From Eledone cirrhosa (Eukaryota): a DNA stretch of 64,000 nt. The notes below the pieces were generated by a model. That model made no database searches. It saw only the letters and a list, made by a program, of their open reading frames with translations, and was not told the origin of the DNA. The stretch is taken from assembly GCA_964016885.1 (NCBI GenBank), contig OZ024747.1, forward strand, positions 34,720,001 to 34,784,000, written 5' to 3'. Positions 14,150-27,734 of the stretch are shown piece after piece. Position numbers and translations under genes: made by a program. Every line of letters starts with the position of its first letter. Within the stretch, counting starts at the first letter, position 1.

Positions 14150-15970
14150 GTAAACAAACATCCGTTTCGGTTTAGTATCATTTATGTTAACTCTATTATT
14201 AAGATCATTTTGCTGGTTTTGTTTTAGGATTTTAGTGTTTAATTTGGCAATGTTTTGGGCCATGTTCATAGTTGTAGAATACGAGAATTTAATGGTGTGT
14301 TTATTAAAAATGGAATGGTATTTATGTTGAGTAGGGAAAGAGGTGTCCAAAGCGTTAAAGAATAATTTTGCAATTGGTGTTCTAACTGCGACCGAAGCAT
14401 GAGGCGAGGGGGGGGGGGGACCATATGACTGATTTAGTTCTAGTTCTTTTCCTCGATCTATTTGGCGTATGGGTGTTTGAATTATAATTATTAGAGTTTA
14501 TCTTTTATATGTTATTATTTTTATCAAGGTTAATACTTGGAATATTTTTATCTACATATTCTATATTATTCACATATCCAGCTCTTTTAAACGCGTTGTT
14601 GTAGTATTCAGCGTGTTCATCAAATATAGCTTTATTGGCTGATATTTTATTAATTCGTTTTTGCACACTATTTACTATACCTTTTTTTTTTACAGATTTA
14701 GGGTGATTGGAATGGTTACTAACATAGTTTAAGTTTTCATTGGGCTTATGAAAAGGGTAATAAAAGCCAGTGTTTAAGTTAAACGTAACGTCTAAGAAAT
14801 TAACTATTTTGGTACCATTTTCTACTTCTACCTTAGGGTCATACATTTTAAAGAATTCTATTATACTTTTCTTTACTTTATTTATTACTAAATTATTGGG
14901 TTTGACAACCATAAATAAATGTCGTCCCTATATAAGCCAGCGGTAATATCCGGCAGTTTTCTATTTATCATATTTAATATGAACATTCTCAGAAGATCTG
15001 TGATTTGCGCGGAATCGGATACACCCATAGTGATATCAAAGTTTCTATCTCTGTCTGAGCGGGTCCAATATTCATTGTTGAAGATAATAAGAGTTCTTCT
15101 GGCTGTTAGTATGATATCAATTTCATCCGTGGTTATATCAGTATGCTTATGAGGATATGAAAGAGCCTTATTTAGAAGGTTAGGTGTTATGGAAGAATAG
15201 TAGCTTGTAATGTCCATCTGGATGAATTTATGGTTTTTCTTATCATCTATATTCCTGTACCATTATATGACTTCATTTGTATCTTTCCACAAGCTCAAAT
15301 TAGATCTCAATTTAAGAGTGGGTAATATTCTATCGATGATGTTTTTACTGATTACTCCAATATCCAATTTCGATGGAGCAATCAATCTAACTGGGATCTC
15401 TTCCTCAAAGTTTCTTTTGTGATCCTTGAAGTTAATCCTCAGCCACCTAGGTAAGAATGGTCGGTTCTTCCTTCTATTCCTAAATTGGTAATTAATTTAT
15501 AGGCTTCTTTATTAATTTCAGTAAGATCATCAGCCGGGGCTTTTTGTAATTCTTCCTAAGTTCCTTTAAAATCAAGTTGTTATATTCATCTTTGTTTATC
15601 CCATATAAATTATTAGTTTTGTCCGATTTAACTAATACTTTGTTAACATTTTTTATTTCCGTGATTCTAGGTATTGGTGACCTATATATGGGTTTTTCCT
15701 AAATTTAATTTTTCTGATTATACCGAGCATTTCTGTTTCAAAAACCTCCAGAAGTTTGTTGTATGGAGGATTCTTTCTTGATTTAAATAAAGATTCAAAA
15801 TGATTGTTGTTGGTTTTTCTTTCAGCATCTTTATTTTCGAAATAAAATACTCGCCATCTCAATCTTCTAATAAAAGAGCTTGTCGGTTCGATAGTTTTCC
15901 TCGTGTATTATTCATTTGAATGTATGGGAATAAATTTGAGGGAAGTCGGGAAGTTTAAGAAATCCATATT
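14150..15970 (-). mobile_element. decayed Penelope-like element (Naiad/Chlamys-like RT)
   Basis: MRWRVFYF, MDITSYYSSI, FDITMGVSDSAQITDL, GLYRDD, NFLDVTFNL, SNHPKSV and KHTIKFSYSTTMNM across frameshifted ORFs. Confidence 0.85.
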
Positions 15971-16126
15971 TATTGAATATGCAATCTATTGTATAGAAAA
16001 GCGCTCAACCAGTTGGGAGCAGTATATATATATATAGATATACATATGTATGTATAAATATATATATATATATGTATATGTATATATATATATTTATATA
16101 GACACTTATATATTTATATACACACA

Positions 16127-16244
<118 letters not shown>

Positions 16245-16314
16245 TACATATGTATGTATATTTATATATATATATACAAACGTGTATATATATATATATA
16301 TGAATACATACATA

Positions 16315-16373
<59 letters not shown>

Positions 16374-17317
16374 GACATAAAATAAGAAAATTTTAAAAAT
16401 TAAAAATCAACTTACTTACTAAAATTTTCACACCAACTAATTAGTTTGTGTAAGGGGATACATTTAGTTACATAATATAACTATAGAGAATTCCTTACGT
16501 CATCAGGGAGTCTATTCTCAGCTAAGTTCCCAGGCGATGCGCGGACACTAGGAACCCATATAAAAATAATAATAATTCAGTGGATGGAATAAAGCTAGCG
16601 AGGACAAAATTCCGGAGCACTGAAAAAATGCACTGCCTCTGGTCAGTGGCAGATTCTAAAGAATCAATTACGTGACACAGAGGTTAATCAGTTAGGAGCG
16701 GGGTGGTATTATGACAAGAGCCTACTACTACCATGAATCAGCAGTAAATTTCGGCAAGTTTTGCTCAACAAATAATTTGGAAATAAATATGAAGTAAGGA
16801 ATTCTCTATATATATATTATGTAACTATATTTATCTCCTTACAGAAACTAATTAGTTGGAGTGAATATTTTAGTAAGTAAGTTGATTTTTAATTTTTAAA
16901 ATTTTCTTATTTTACGTCTTTCATATAATTGTTCTGCATCCCCTGCATAGAACCACAAAGGTACTAAGACATAACATATATATTTGCTAGCATAGGTGTA
17001 CATCTGTACACATATGTTGGTAGATGTACTAATTCTCTATATTTATCTCCAAATTATTTGTTGAGCAAAACTTGCCGAAATTTACTGCTGATTCATGGTA
17101 TTAGTAGGCTCTTGTCATAATACCACCCCAATCCTAACGGATTAACCTCAGTGTCACGTGACTGATTCTTTAGAATCTGCCACTGACCAGAGGCAGTGAA
17201 TATTTTCAGTGCTCCGGAATTTAGTCCTCGCTAGCTTTATTCCATCAACTGAATTATTATTATTTTTATATGGGTTCCCAGTGTCCGCGCATCGCCTGGG
17301 ATCTTAGCTGAGAATAG

Positions 17318-17399
17318 ACTCCCTGATGACGTAAGGAATTCTCTATAGTTATATTATGTAACTATATTTATCCCCTTACAGAAACTAATTAGTTGGAGT
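17318..17399 (+). ncRNA. type I hammerhead ribozyme (family A)
   Basis: ACUCC-CUGAUGA-C-GUAAGG...CCUUAC-A-GAAA-CUAAUUAG-UU-GGAGU. Confidence 0.85.
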
Positions 17400-17851
17400 G
17401 AAAATTTTAGTAAGATGATCTTAAATTTTTAAAATATTCTTATTTTACGTCTTTCATATAATTGTTCTGCATCCCCCTGCATAGAACCACAAAAGTACTA
17501 AGACATAATATATATATTTGCTAGCATAGGTGTACATCTGTACACATATGTTGGTAGATGTACTAATTCTCTATATTTATCTCCAAATTTTTTGTTGAGC
17601 AAAACTTGCCGAAATTTACTGCTGATTCATGGTAGTAGTAGGCTCTTGTCATAATACCACCCCGCTCCTAACTGATTAACCTCAGTGTCACGTGACTGAT
17701 TCTTTAGAATCTGCCACTGACCAGAGGCAGTGAATTTTTTCAGTGCTGCGGAATTTAGTCCTCGCTAGCTTTATTCCATCCACTGAATTATTATTATTTT
17801 TATATGGGTTCCCAGAATCCGCGCATCGCCTGGGAACTTAGCTGAGAATAG

Positions 17852-17933
17852 ACTCCCTGATGACGTAAGGAATTTTCTATAGTTATATTATGTAACTATA
17901 TTTATCCCCTTACAGAAACTAATTAGTTGGAGT
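17852..17933 (+). ncRNA. type I hammerhead ribozyme (family A)
   Basis: Same motif, 534 bp downstream. Confidence 0.85.
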
Positions 17934-18389
17934 GATAATTTTAGTAAGTAAGTTGATTGTAAAATTTTAAAATATTCTTATCTTACGTCTATCATATAAT
18001 TGTTCTGCATCCCCCTGCATAGAACCACAAAGGTACTAAGACATAACATATATATTTGCTAGCATAGGTGTACATCTGTACACATATGTTGGTAGATGTA
18101 CTAATTCTCTATATTTATCTCCAAATTATTTGTTGAGCAAAACTTGCCTAACTTTACTGCTGATTCATGGTAGTAGTAGGCTCTTGTCATAATACCACCC
18201 CACTCCTAACTGATTAACCTCAGTGTCACGTGATTGATTCTTTAGAATCTGCCACTGACCAGAGGCAGTGAATTTTTTCAGTGCTGCGGAACTTAGACCT
18301 CGCTAGCTTTATTCCATCCACTGAATTATTATTATTGTTATATGGGTTCCTAGTGTCCGCGCATCGCCTGGGAACTTAGCTGAGAATAG

Positions 18390-18471
18390 ACTCCCTGATG
18401 ACGTAAGGAATTCTCTATAGTTATATTATGTAACTATATTTATCCCCTAACAGAAACTAATTAGTTGGAGT
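18390..18471 (+). ncRNA. type I hammerhead ribozyme (family A)
   Basis: Same motif, 538 bp further downstream, with one stem II mismatch. Confidence 0.8.
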
Positions 18472-18651
18472 GAAAATGTTAGTAAGTAAGTTGATTTAAA
18501 ATTTTTAAAATTTTCTTATTTTACGTCTTTCATATAATTGTTCTGCATCCCCCTGCACAGAACCACAAAGGTACTAAGACATAACATATATATTTGCTAG
18601 CATAGGTGTACATCTGAACACATATGTTGGTAGATGTACTAATTCTCTCTC

Positions 18652-18757
<106 letters not shown>

Positions 18758-18796
18758 TATATATGTATGTTCATGTATATATAAATTTATATTTTA

Positions 18797-18848
<52 letters not shown>

Positions 18849-18980
18849 ATAATAACTAGAAATTAATTAACATATAAATAAACATGAATAATCACAGGAT
18901 ATAATTTTTACAAGTGTGTAAGCACACATGACACCCATCATTTTGATTTAGATTAAATTCATTTGATTTATCTTAATTTT

Positions 18981-19023
<43 letters not shown>

Positions 19024-19090
19024 AATACATATATATATATGGCGTAGGATAGAAGAAAGGAAAGACACAGAAACGAAGAATGGAATCCCC

Positions 19091-19135
19091 AGTCACTGAA
19101 GAGGTCACAGAGTGTGTGACGAAAGGACTATGACT
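19091..19135 (+). ncRNA. minimal type I hammerhead ribozyme
   Basis: AGUCA-CUGAAGA-G-GUCACA-GAGUG-UGUGAC-GAAA-GGAC-UA-UGACU. Confidence 0.8.
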
Positions 19136-19389
19136 ATATATATAAACAACTATCTGGTTGTGGAACCAACCAACCAACCAGAAATTTATAAGTTTGTAAA
19201 CTTGTAGATTTATAAATTTATAAATATATAATAAATTGAAGTGAATGCAACTGGTGCGTGTGTTTCTTATTGGCAACATGTCCCTCCCAAAGTATAACAA
19301 TATCGGTTGCAACACACGATTTCAGATAAAGAATCTTGCTAAACAAATTCAGAAACGAAACGCGTTCTTGAGACTAGTAAAATGAGGTA

Positions 19390-19477
19390 TCCTCTTGATA
19401 AGTTGGCAGACCTCGCAAGGACTCTATATCTTTGATATATTGTTTTTGTTTATGCCACGAAACTACGTAGTCGAAGA
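19390..19477 (+). ncRNA. hammerhead ribozyme, U3-A8 variant
   Basis: UCCUC-UUGAUAA-GUUGGCA...UGCCAC-GAAA-CUACGUAG-UC-GAAGA. One mismatch in stem I. Confidence 0.7.
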
Positions 19478-19980
19478 ATTTAGGAGCAGTTTAGGTATGA
19501 TACATTTTATTACCAATTATATCTAAATGTTTCTTCTCTCTTCATAATGTATTTTTAACTCTGATACTGGTTCAGTCTGGTTCAAACTGAATTGGTCTGT
19601 CCCAGTCATTCATTGAGCAACATCGGTGAAGTTGGTACCCTTAACTCGCAGTTGGGTGCGGATGCATTCATGTATATATGTGTGTGTCCGCATGTATCTG
19701 TGTGTTTCTAAATATATTAATAACTCCCTCTGGTTGAGCAATCTTTGAAGTGTGGGGACAACTGGAAAGCTTCCATTACTCGTACTTCTCGCCTTCTTCA
19801 CTACCTCTTCTACGGCCTCGATATGAATACCCCCTCCGCCTCCGTGGTATTTTCTTCGTGGTTATAAGAGGCTTAGCTCTGTTTCTCGACCGTTATATCG
19901 CGTGACTATCTCCCCCTCCGCCTTTTGGGATTCTTTCTCACGTCGTGTAGACGCGTTCTTGAGACTAGTAAAATGAGGTA

Positions 19981-20068
19981 TCCTCTTGATAAGTTGGCAG
20001 ACCTCGCAAGGACTCTATATCTTTGATATATTGTTTTTGTTTATGCCACGAAACTACGTAGTCGAGGA
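19981..20068 (+). ncRNA. hammerhead ribozyme, U3-A8 variant
   Basis: UCCUC-UUGAUAA-GUUGGCA...UGCCAC-GAAA-CUACGUAG-UC-GAGGA. Confidence 0.78.
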
Positions 20069-20137
20069 ATTTAGGAGCAGTTTAGGTATGATACATTTTA
20101 TTACCAATTATATCTAAATGTTTCTTCTCTCTTCATA

Positions 20138-20186
<49 letters not shown>

Positions 20187-20299
20187 AATACATATATATA
20201 TATGTATGTATGTAAAAAGGTAAACAGAAATAACAACACAATCGGTACACTATATGGAAGGTATATATTAGGTTAACGATTGATATAGTAGGAAGAGGG

Positions 20300-20335
20300 T
20301 CTTAACGTTTCGGACGCTAGTCCTTCATCAGAAGA
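20300..20335 (-). ncRNA. minimal type I hammerhead ribozyme
   Basis: UCUU-CUGAUGA-A-GGAC-UAGC-GUCC-GAAA-CG-UU-AAGA. Confidence 0.75.
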
Positions 20336-20534
20336 AAGAATGAGAAATAACATAAACTGAAGGGACGGGCGGGTTGGAATTGGAAGAAATATATTTAGAT
20401 AAAAATAACTATATATATATAAGGACGGTATCAACATTACGAAAGACACGCTATACAATTGTGCAATTTAACCAGCCACAATGCTAAAAATGCAATCAAT
20501 AAACTTCTCAGAAACTCCTAGGAATGAACATACA

Positions 20535-20765
<231 letters not shown>

Positions 20766-20814
20766 CTAGAAACAAAACCTTTTGGTACAGCCGACCATGT
20801 TATTTATCAATCTG

Positions 20815-20881
<67 letters not shown>

Positions 20882-21018
20882 ATTAATAAGCTTCATTGAT
20901 TAATCAAAGAATATAGTTTTACAATAGATTAAACGCACTCTACAAAGAAGTTTTCTGGAGTTATTAATATTATTCAAAATATTTATAAATGAAGACATTC
21001 ACATAATCAAAATATTAG

Positions 21019-21080
21019 TTTTATTATATATATTTCGGAGGTACTGTGCTGTTTTTTCAGTACGTCATGATCAGATAAAA
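21019..21080 (-). ncRNA. degenerate hammerhead (CUGAUCA, G8C), probably inactive
   Basis: UUUUAU-CUGAUCA-...GUACUG...CAGUAC...-GAAA-UAUAUA-UA-AUAAAA. Confidence 0.5.
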
Positions 21081-21224
21081 TATATGAATTGGTGCACGAC
21101 GTACCTCAACTGTCTTGATGGTTCAATTCCAGTATTGCCAATATTGGAATTGAACCATCAACTAACTCGTCCCATGGACTGAGTGGTCTACCACTACGGA
21201 TGTTACCTACCAGTGTATTACCAC

Positions 21225-21365
<141 letters not shown>

Positions 21366-21432
21366 ATATATATATATTTCGTTTCTGAATTTGTTTAGCA
21401 AGATTTTTATCTGAAAACGTGTGTTGAAACCG

Positions 21433-21628
21433 ATATTGTTATACTTTGGGAGGGCCATGTTGCCAATATGAAACAAACGCACCAGTTGCTTACACTTCAA
21501 TTTATTATAATAAATATATAAATTTAGGAATTTATAAATTCCTAAATTTATATATTTATTATAATAAATTGAAGTGAAAGCAACTGGTGCGTGTGTTTCT
21601 TATTGGCAACATGACCCTCCCAAAGTAT

Positions 21629-21636
<8 letters not shown>
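21433..21636. repeat. ~204-bp near-perfect palindrome abutting (TA)n
   Basis: Centre TTTATAAA at 21531-21538. The segment is homologous to ~19215-19360. Confidence 0.9.
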
Positions 21637-21700
<64 letters not shown>

Positions 21701-21881
21701 TACAATAACAGAGGTAGTTTAAAGCTAAACTCTGACTGGTAACCATCTCACTCAACAAACATTAGGTTATATTAAAATATAAACCCAATTTAAGTGTTTG
21801 GGGTGCTAATAATATGTATAATGTGGAAAAAACAGTTGTATTATTTTATGAGATATAATTAAAGTTAAAGTATATCTCTCT

Positions 21882-22007
21882 TTCCAAACAATTGTTTCAT
21901 TATAAGTTTTCTACAAGTTTGGGAGAATGTTTCCAGTTTATGTAGAAGCCTAATATATATTCATGTAAGAATATGTTTAGGTGGGCACTTATAAATCATC
22001 AGTGGAA
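21882..22007 (-). ncRNA. type I hammerhead ribozyme, long stem II
   Basis: UUCCA-CUGAUGA-U-UUAUAAG...CUUAUAA-U-GAAA-CAAUUG-UU-UGGAA. Confidence 0.82.
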
Positions 22008-22900
22008 GCCCATTAAACATTGATATAAGAAAACAATTTCTTACCGCTGTCAAAAATCATGTCCGTAAACTTGGTTTCTCTCACCTCGAATGACCGCTAA
22101 ATTTGAAATTCCAGCAGTTTTTGACTGAGGAAAAATCATAGCGACACGAAGTGGGAAGGGGAGACAACTCACGAAATGAAGAAAACAAATAATAATATAC
22201 ACGCGGGTTAATTAGTTTTTTTGAAAACATTATCAATCCAACGTGTTTAAGAACTCAATTGAAAATAAAAAAATAAATATATGCTTGTATAAATTACATA
22301 CGCATATAGATATTTTCTTAGGCTAATTCAGAAGTTGTACCCAAATAAGAACCGCTTCTCATAACCGCAGTAAATGCAGAAAGTTATGCTATAAAGGGCA
22401 AATGGGAATATAATTCTCCGGCCGAATTATTAAGAGTAAAATATAAAACACACGCGGGTTAATTAGTTACATCAAAACCAATATTAATTCCTCGTGTAAA
22501 GAACTCAATTAATAAAAGAAAATAAATACATATATGCATGTAATTATATACGTAGGCATATATATATATTTTCCTAGGCTAAAAAACAGAGAAGTTACAA
22601 CCAGAAAAAAAAAAAAAAAAAAAAGCCACAATATTTCACAACAGTAATAAATACGGAAAGTCAAATTAATAATGTACCTGGAAATAAACACCTTTGGCCA
22701 TTCAAGAGTAAATATTTAATCCAATAACAGAGATAGTTTAAAGCTAAACTCTGACTGGTAACCATCTCACTCAACAAACATTAGGTTATATTAAAATATA
22801 AACCCAATTTAAGCGTTTGGGGCTCTAATAATATGTATAACGTGGAAAAACCAGTTGTATTATTTTATGAGATATAATTAAAGTTAAAGTATATCTCTCT

Positions 22901-23026
22901 TTCCAAACAATTGTTTCATTATAAGTTTTCTACAAGTTTGGGAGAATGTTTCCAGTTTATGTAGAAGCCTAATATATATTCATGTAAGAATTTATTTAGG
23001 TGGGCACTTATAAATCATCAGTGGAA
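22901..23026 (-). ncRNA. type I hammerhead ribozyme, long stem II
   Basis: Same motif in the second direct repeat. Confidence 0.82.
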
Positions 23027-23119
23027 GCCCATTAAACATTGATATAAGAAAACAATTTCTTACCGCTGTCAAAAATCATGTCCGTAAAGTTGGTCTCTCT
23101 CACCTCGAATGACCGCTAA

Positions 23120-23195
<76 letters not shown>

Positions 23196-23518
23196 CATCG
23201 GTGTAGCTTAAGCATCATATTTTCATGAGCAGTGGGTAGTGTAAGATTTTTGCTGTGCGTGTGGTTAAGTGCAAGTTAAATAGCGGAAGCTATAGGGATC
23301 TGAGAGGGATGAGCTAGAATTAAAAAAATACCATAAGCAAGATAAACCCTGTTTAAAGCCGGTAAATATGTTATCTGTTTTAGTGTTCTTTTACGTGTAA
23401 AAAAGATGAGTGTGTGCGATTTAATGTTAAAATCAGGGTTAGGCTTAGAGTTAGCATTAGTATTAGGATCAGTGTTAGTACAGGGACAGCAAGCACTATA
23501 AAATATTACACATCCACG

Positions 23519-23568
<50 letters not shown>

Positions 23569-24179
23569 ATAACGAGGATGTTGTAAGATTCCAGGTGGAC
23601 CATAACGCACCAGAGTACTTAATACTTAATGTAGTAGACCCTTTTCCTCTATATATACATAGTAGTGGTAAGAATCTCTTGGGACATCTGGAGAGAAGAA
23701 GGTCTTCAGAAAAGAAACTCCCACCCAAAGCGGGTGTTTCTCCCCTTAATAAAGATACATTACCAAATGCATATATCATATGCCTAAGGATTAAAGCACA
23801 CAATTCCGAGACGGGGATATTGATGATATTTATTCTACAATCTAAAATAACAAATCTAAAGCCGTAATATTGACTTGATTTTTACGGCGTTCACCTGGGT
23901 GGAGGTACGTCGACTCCAATAAAATAATCCAGTAGCAGATGTCCTACGGCGCAAATACTTTCAACCAGCTGCCAGACATTAGCTCAAGATCCAACAAAAC
24001 GATATCAATCCACGTTTTCAAATTTATTGCCTCACCGTTTAGGCCATCACGTTTCCAGATTAAAATTAGGATTAATTGCATCTTGCAAGAGTTTATCATT
24101 TGGATGGTGGAATACGTGACGAAAAAAGAGGCGGTGCTCATTGGATGAATTGCAACAACAATAACTATTACAGATTTTA

Positions 24180-24403
24180 CCGTCAAAAACCAACTAGAAA
24201 GAGACCCAGGGGTAGACCCGGAGCAAGAGGGTTGGATAACGTCTATGAGCTTGGCTAGTCACATTTGGGGATCCAGCCGGATCAGTTGGAGATGGTTGCT
24301 TCTGACAGGACCCGCTGGAAGGTGTGTTTGAGGACTCTGTCACCACGACCCTTTCGGGAAGAAGAAGAAGAAGAAGAAGAAGAAGAAGAAGAAGAAGAAG
24401 AAG

Positions 24404-24435
<32 letters not shown>

Positions 24436-24485
24436 GAAGAAGAAGAAGAAGAAGAAGAAGAAGAAGAAGAAGAAGAAGAAGAAGA
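24180..24485 (+). mobile_element. RTE-clade LINE 3' end with (GAA)n tail
   Basis: KRPRGRPGARGLDNV...LEMVASDRTRWKVCL followed by about 42 GAA repeats. Confidence 0.75.
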
Positions 24486-25474
24486 TATAGTTGTTCATTT
24501 TCCTCTACGTTTTGATTGAAATACATAATATGGATAAAAAAATGAATTTCAAATTATTCAATGATGAAACGTGTATGCATCGGAATGAAAGAACAACACA
24601 ATTTTCTCTCCATTATCAATTATTACATATTTTAAACATCAATATTTATTGTCCTAGACAGTATGTGTTTGAAAAAATGTATTTTGTAACAAATTGAACA
24701 TGACTTAAAACAGGTTTGCTGATGCAGTGTTGACCACACGGCTGCTAAAGAACGAGACAACACTGCAATTATGATAGAAGTATTCACCAATTTTTTATGT
24801 GAAAAGAGATGCCGTAAATATATTTACTTACCCTACAATGGCATTGATCTATGGTGATCTTCCTTTTACAATTATATGTTGAAATCAATTATTTTAATCT
24901 TCACTTCATGAGAGCGTGTATGGAAATAAAAACCCAATATTTTATCATATTTTTATTTCAATTGTTTTCTCTCAAAACGTATTTATTAATCAATATATCT
25001 GATATTTTCCTCATTCTTTCTTTCAAAGTTATTATATTTGATGTGTGACTAGCACAGTGTTTGCTTTAGGATCTGGTCGGAATTTAGCAAGAATTATATC
25101 TATAAAAAATAAACAAAACTAATGCAAAGCAATATTTTCCAACTTAAAAAATATTATTGGTTAAATTTAAATATTGAAAACAGGAAAAGATATTTATAAC
25201 CGGTCGAATGATTTTTCAAATTTTCTATTGCATATTTTAGAAATTTTAGCTTTTGAGGCATTCTTAATAATATCTGAAGTATAAGGTCTATTAACAACTA
25301 ATATGTTCATGTTATGATATTATTAATAATATTAAAATAATTTTTATTTCTAATTCGCTTCTCAAGGCATCAGAATGTGAACAAATACAAAACAAGAAAG
25401 AATATTATGTAAATATATGAATCATATAAACACACGAATACACAGACATACACATACATATATGCATATATATG

Positions 25475-25624
<150 letters not shown>

Positions 25625-26030
25625 TATGTGTTAATATATATACGTCTGCGTGTCTGTGGTAGTGTTTGCCCGTGTGTGTGTATATGTGTGTGTACTTGTG
25701 TGTTTGTGTCAAATGGGAATTCGGATACTTTATTTCATGTTCAGTCATGTTTATTCTTTATTGGCACGTTTAGGATATAATAGGATTAACTGAACTTGTT
25801 GCATTACATATAGCCAACATCAGAGAGGACTCAACGACAGTGAATTGGCTGTGAGTGAAGATTAACATATAATTTCATCAATATTTATATTCCATAACGA
25901 AAGGCGTAAAACTGTATTGGGGTGTTAGATTAAGATGCGATATATAACTGAGATAGGTTTGGCAATGCCGAGGACCATGTACTGTTTAAATGGTTGCCAA
26001 TTATTTCAAAGAAACAGAGGTTGTGTGTGT

Positions 26031-26069
<39 letters not shown>

Positions 26070-26074
<5 letters not shown>

Positions 26075-26358
26075 ATATTAAATAAATGGAAACTATATTT
26101 ATAAAACCATAATTATTTTATTATATATATTTCAAGGGCAACCATGACAACATTGGTACGCTTTCATCATAAAATACAAAGTTTGTTTCATAAATAGAGA
26201 CATACCCATGAAAATCATACCTTATCGGTTGTAAATAAAACAAACTTTTTATTTTATATGATAAAAGCGTACCAATGTTGTCTTGATTGCCCTTGAAATA
26301 TATATAATAAAATAAATATGGTTTTATAAATATAGTTTCCATTTATTTAACATCATTG
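26070..26358. repeat. inverted repeat of a PLE pLTR with degenerate hammerheads in both arms
   Basis: The arms are reverse complements and match 13690-13788. Cores are AUGAUGA and AUGAUAA, each followed by GAAA-UAUAUA-UA. Confidence 0.7.
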
Positions 26359-26499
26359 AATATTTACTCCAGTAACTTGTTGAGTACTCTAAATCAGTTA
26401 TAAACATTTATATTTGTCGGACTTCCATCAAATTAACTACCACTTCTACTTATATATATATCACCTTGATCACCTTGAGCGACCAGTGTGTCGGGCACC

Positions 26500-26680
26500 A
26501 ATCGGCGCCGCTAGTCACAGCATGACGTGCTGTTTTAGCCATAAGATAACGTCATCCCACTGGCTCGGCGGGTAGGTTGGTATTCATTTCTACAGGTGAG
26601 TAAACTGGAGCAACGTGAAATAAAGTGACTTGCTCAAGGAAACAACACATCACCCGGTCCGAGAATTGAACTCACAACTT
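26500..26680 (-). mobile_element. tRNA-derived SINE fragment
   Basis: GCAACGTGAAATAAAGTGACTTGCTCAAGG...GAATTGAACTCACAAC, related to 13920-13990. Confidence 0.6.
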
Positions 26681-26681
26681 T

Positions 26682-26726
<45 letters not shown>

Positions 26727-26842
26727 CTAACAAAAGAATTGTGGTAAGGAACCAGATGGACCATAACGCACCAGAGTACTCAATATTTAGGGGTACTAGT
26801 GTGGGAAATAGTAAAAAGTATGACCCCGGCGTCATACTTTTT

Positions 26843-26891
<49 letters not shown>

Positions 26892-27075
26892 TGACCCGAA
26901 TCTTCCTGGTCGTTCTTTTTTGGCTGCATGGGTGATTTTAGGCATGATCTCTATGTGTTGGTATTGTAACGATAGTTATGGCTCTGATTTTTCCAAATTA
27001 TTGAGCCCTCTGCCACATATATCGGATATTGTTTATCGTGATTTCGTTGGCTGATATTCCGATTCTCAATTATTC

Positions 27076-27144
<69 letters not shown>

Positions 27145-27176
27145 TAGGAATAAGCAAAGAGTGCTTAGAAATACAT

Positions 27177-27240
27177 TGTTTTATTAGCTAACAGTGTTTC
27201 ATCCAAACCCCATGGCAGGAATCATCAGAGCCTATAAACA
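27177..27240 (-). ncRNA. type I hammerhead ribozyme
   Basis: UUUAUAGGCU-CUGAUGA-UUCC...GGAU-GAAA-CACUG-UU-AGCUAAUAAA. Confidence 0.7.
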
Positions 27241-27681
27241 AGAGTATATCAATAGTTGCATGCTCCACCGAGCTTCGTCACCAGAACAAGGTTAAAGGAC
27301 CAGCAGGGGGGGTCCCGACGCCAGTGCTATATAGAAAAAGACAGAATACATGATGCACATAATGTCTTAAAAAATTTAAAATTTACATAAAAAATTACAC
27401 CAAAATTACACAAAATATTACACAAAAAAAAAAATATATATATACTGGGTCTGTGCTTGGGTATGTATGCCTGTGCAGTGGAATGATGATAAGTGATATC
27501 TAAATACAACGAATGTGGATACATTGCAGTAGATTATATTCTAGACATCTGTAACCGAAATATTCTTTCTTTATTCTTTTTTCAACTGAAGTTTGAATTT
27601 AATGCTAGTATATGTATGCATAGACACATTTGTCCAATATTATAGAAAACATAGCATGTTTAGATTTACTGAATTGTCACA

Positions 27682-27734
<53 letters not shown>

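Larger units (their letters stand above)
16368..18645 (+). mobile_element. family A array: inverted arm (16368-16790) plus ~3.5 tandem 534-538-bp HHR units, embedded in (TA)n
   Basis: HHR cores recur at 17323, 17857 and 18395. A 5'-truncated HHR lies at 16794-16862 and an inverted copy at 16430-16511 has GAAA changed to CAAA. No ORF of 60 aa or more in the track. Confidence 0.9.
19360..20143 (+). mobile_element. non-coding element with 193-bp direct repeats (period 591), each carrying a U3-A8 hammerhead
   Basis: 19360-19552 matches 19951-20143. Ends in (TA)n. Confidence 0.8.
21697..23123 (-). mobile_element. non-coding element with ~408-bp direct repeats (period 1019), each carrying a hammerhead, in (TA)n
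   Basis: 21697-22104 matches 22716-23123. (TA)n on both flanks. No credible ORF. Confidence 0.85.

Noticed and set aside
23625-23715. Minus-strand CUGAAGA...GAAA hammerhead-like motif
   Set aside because: No stem I complementarity and no convincing stem II.
24265-24519. Poly-Glu/poly-Arg/poly-Leu ORFs
   Set aside because: These are the (GAA)n tail of an RTE fragment.
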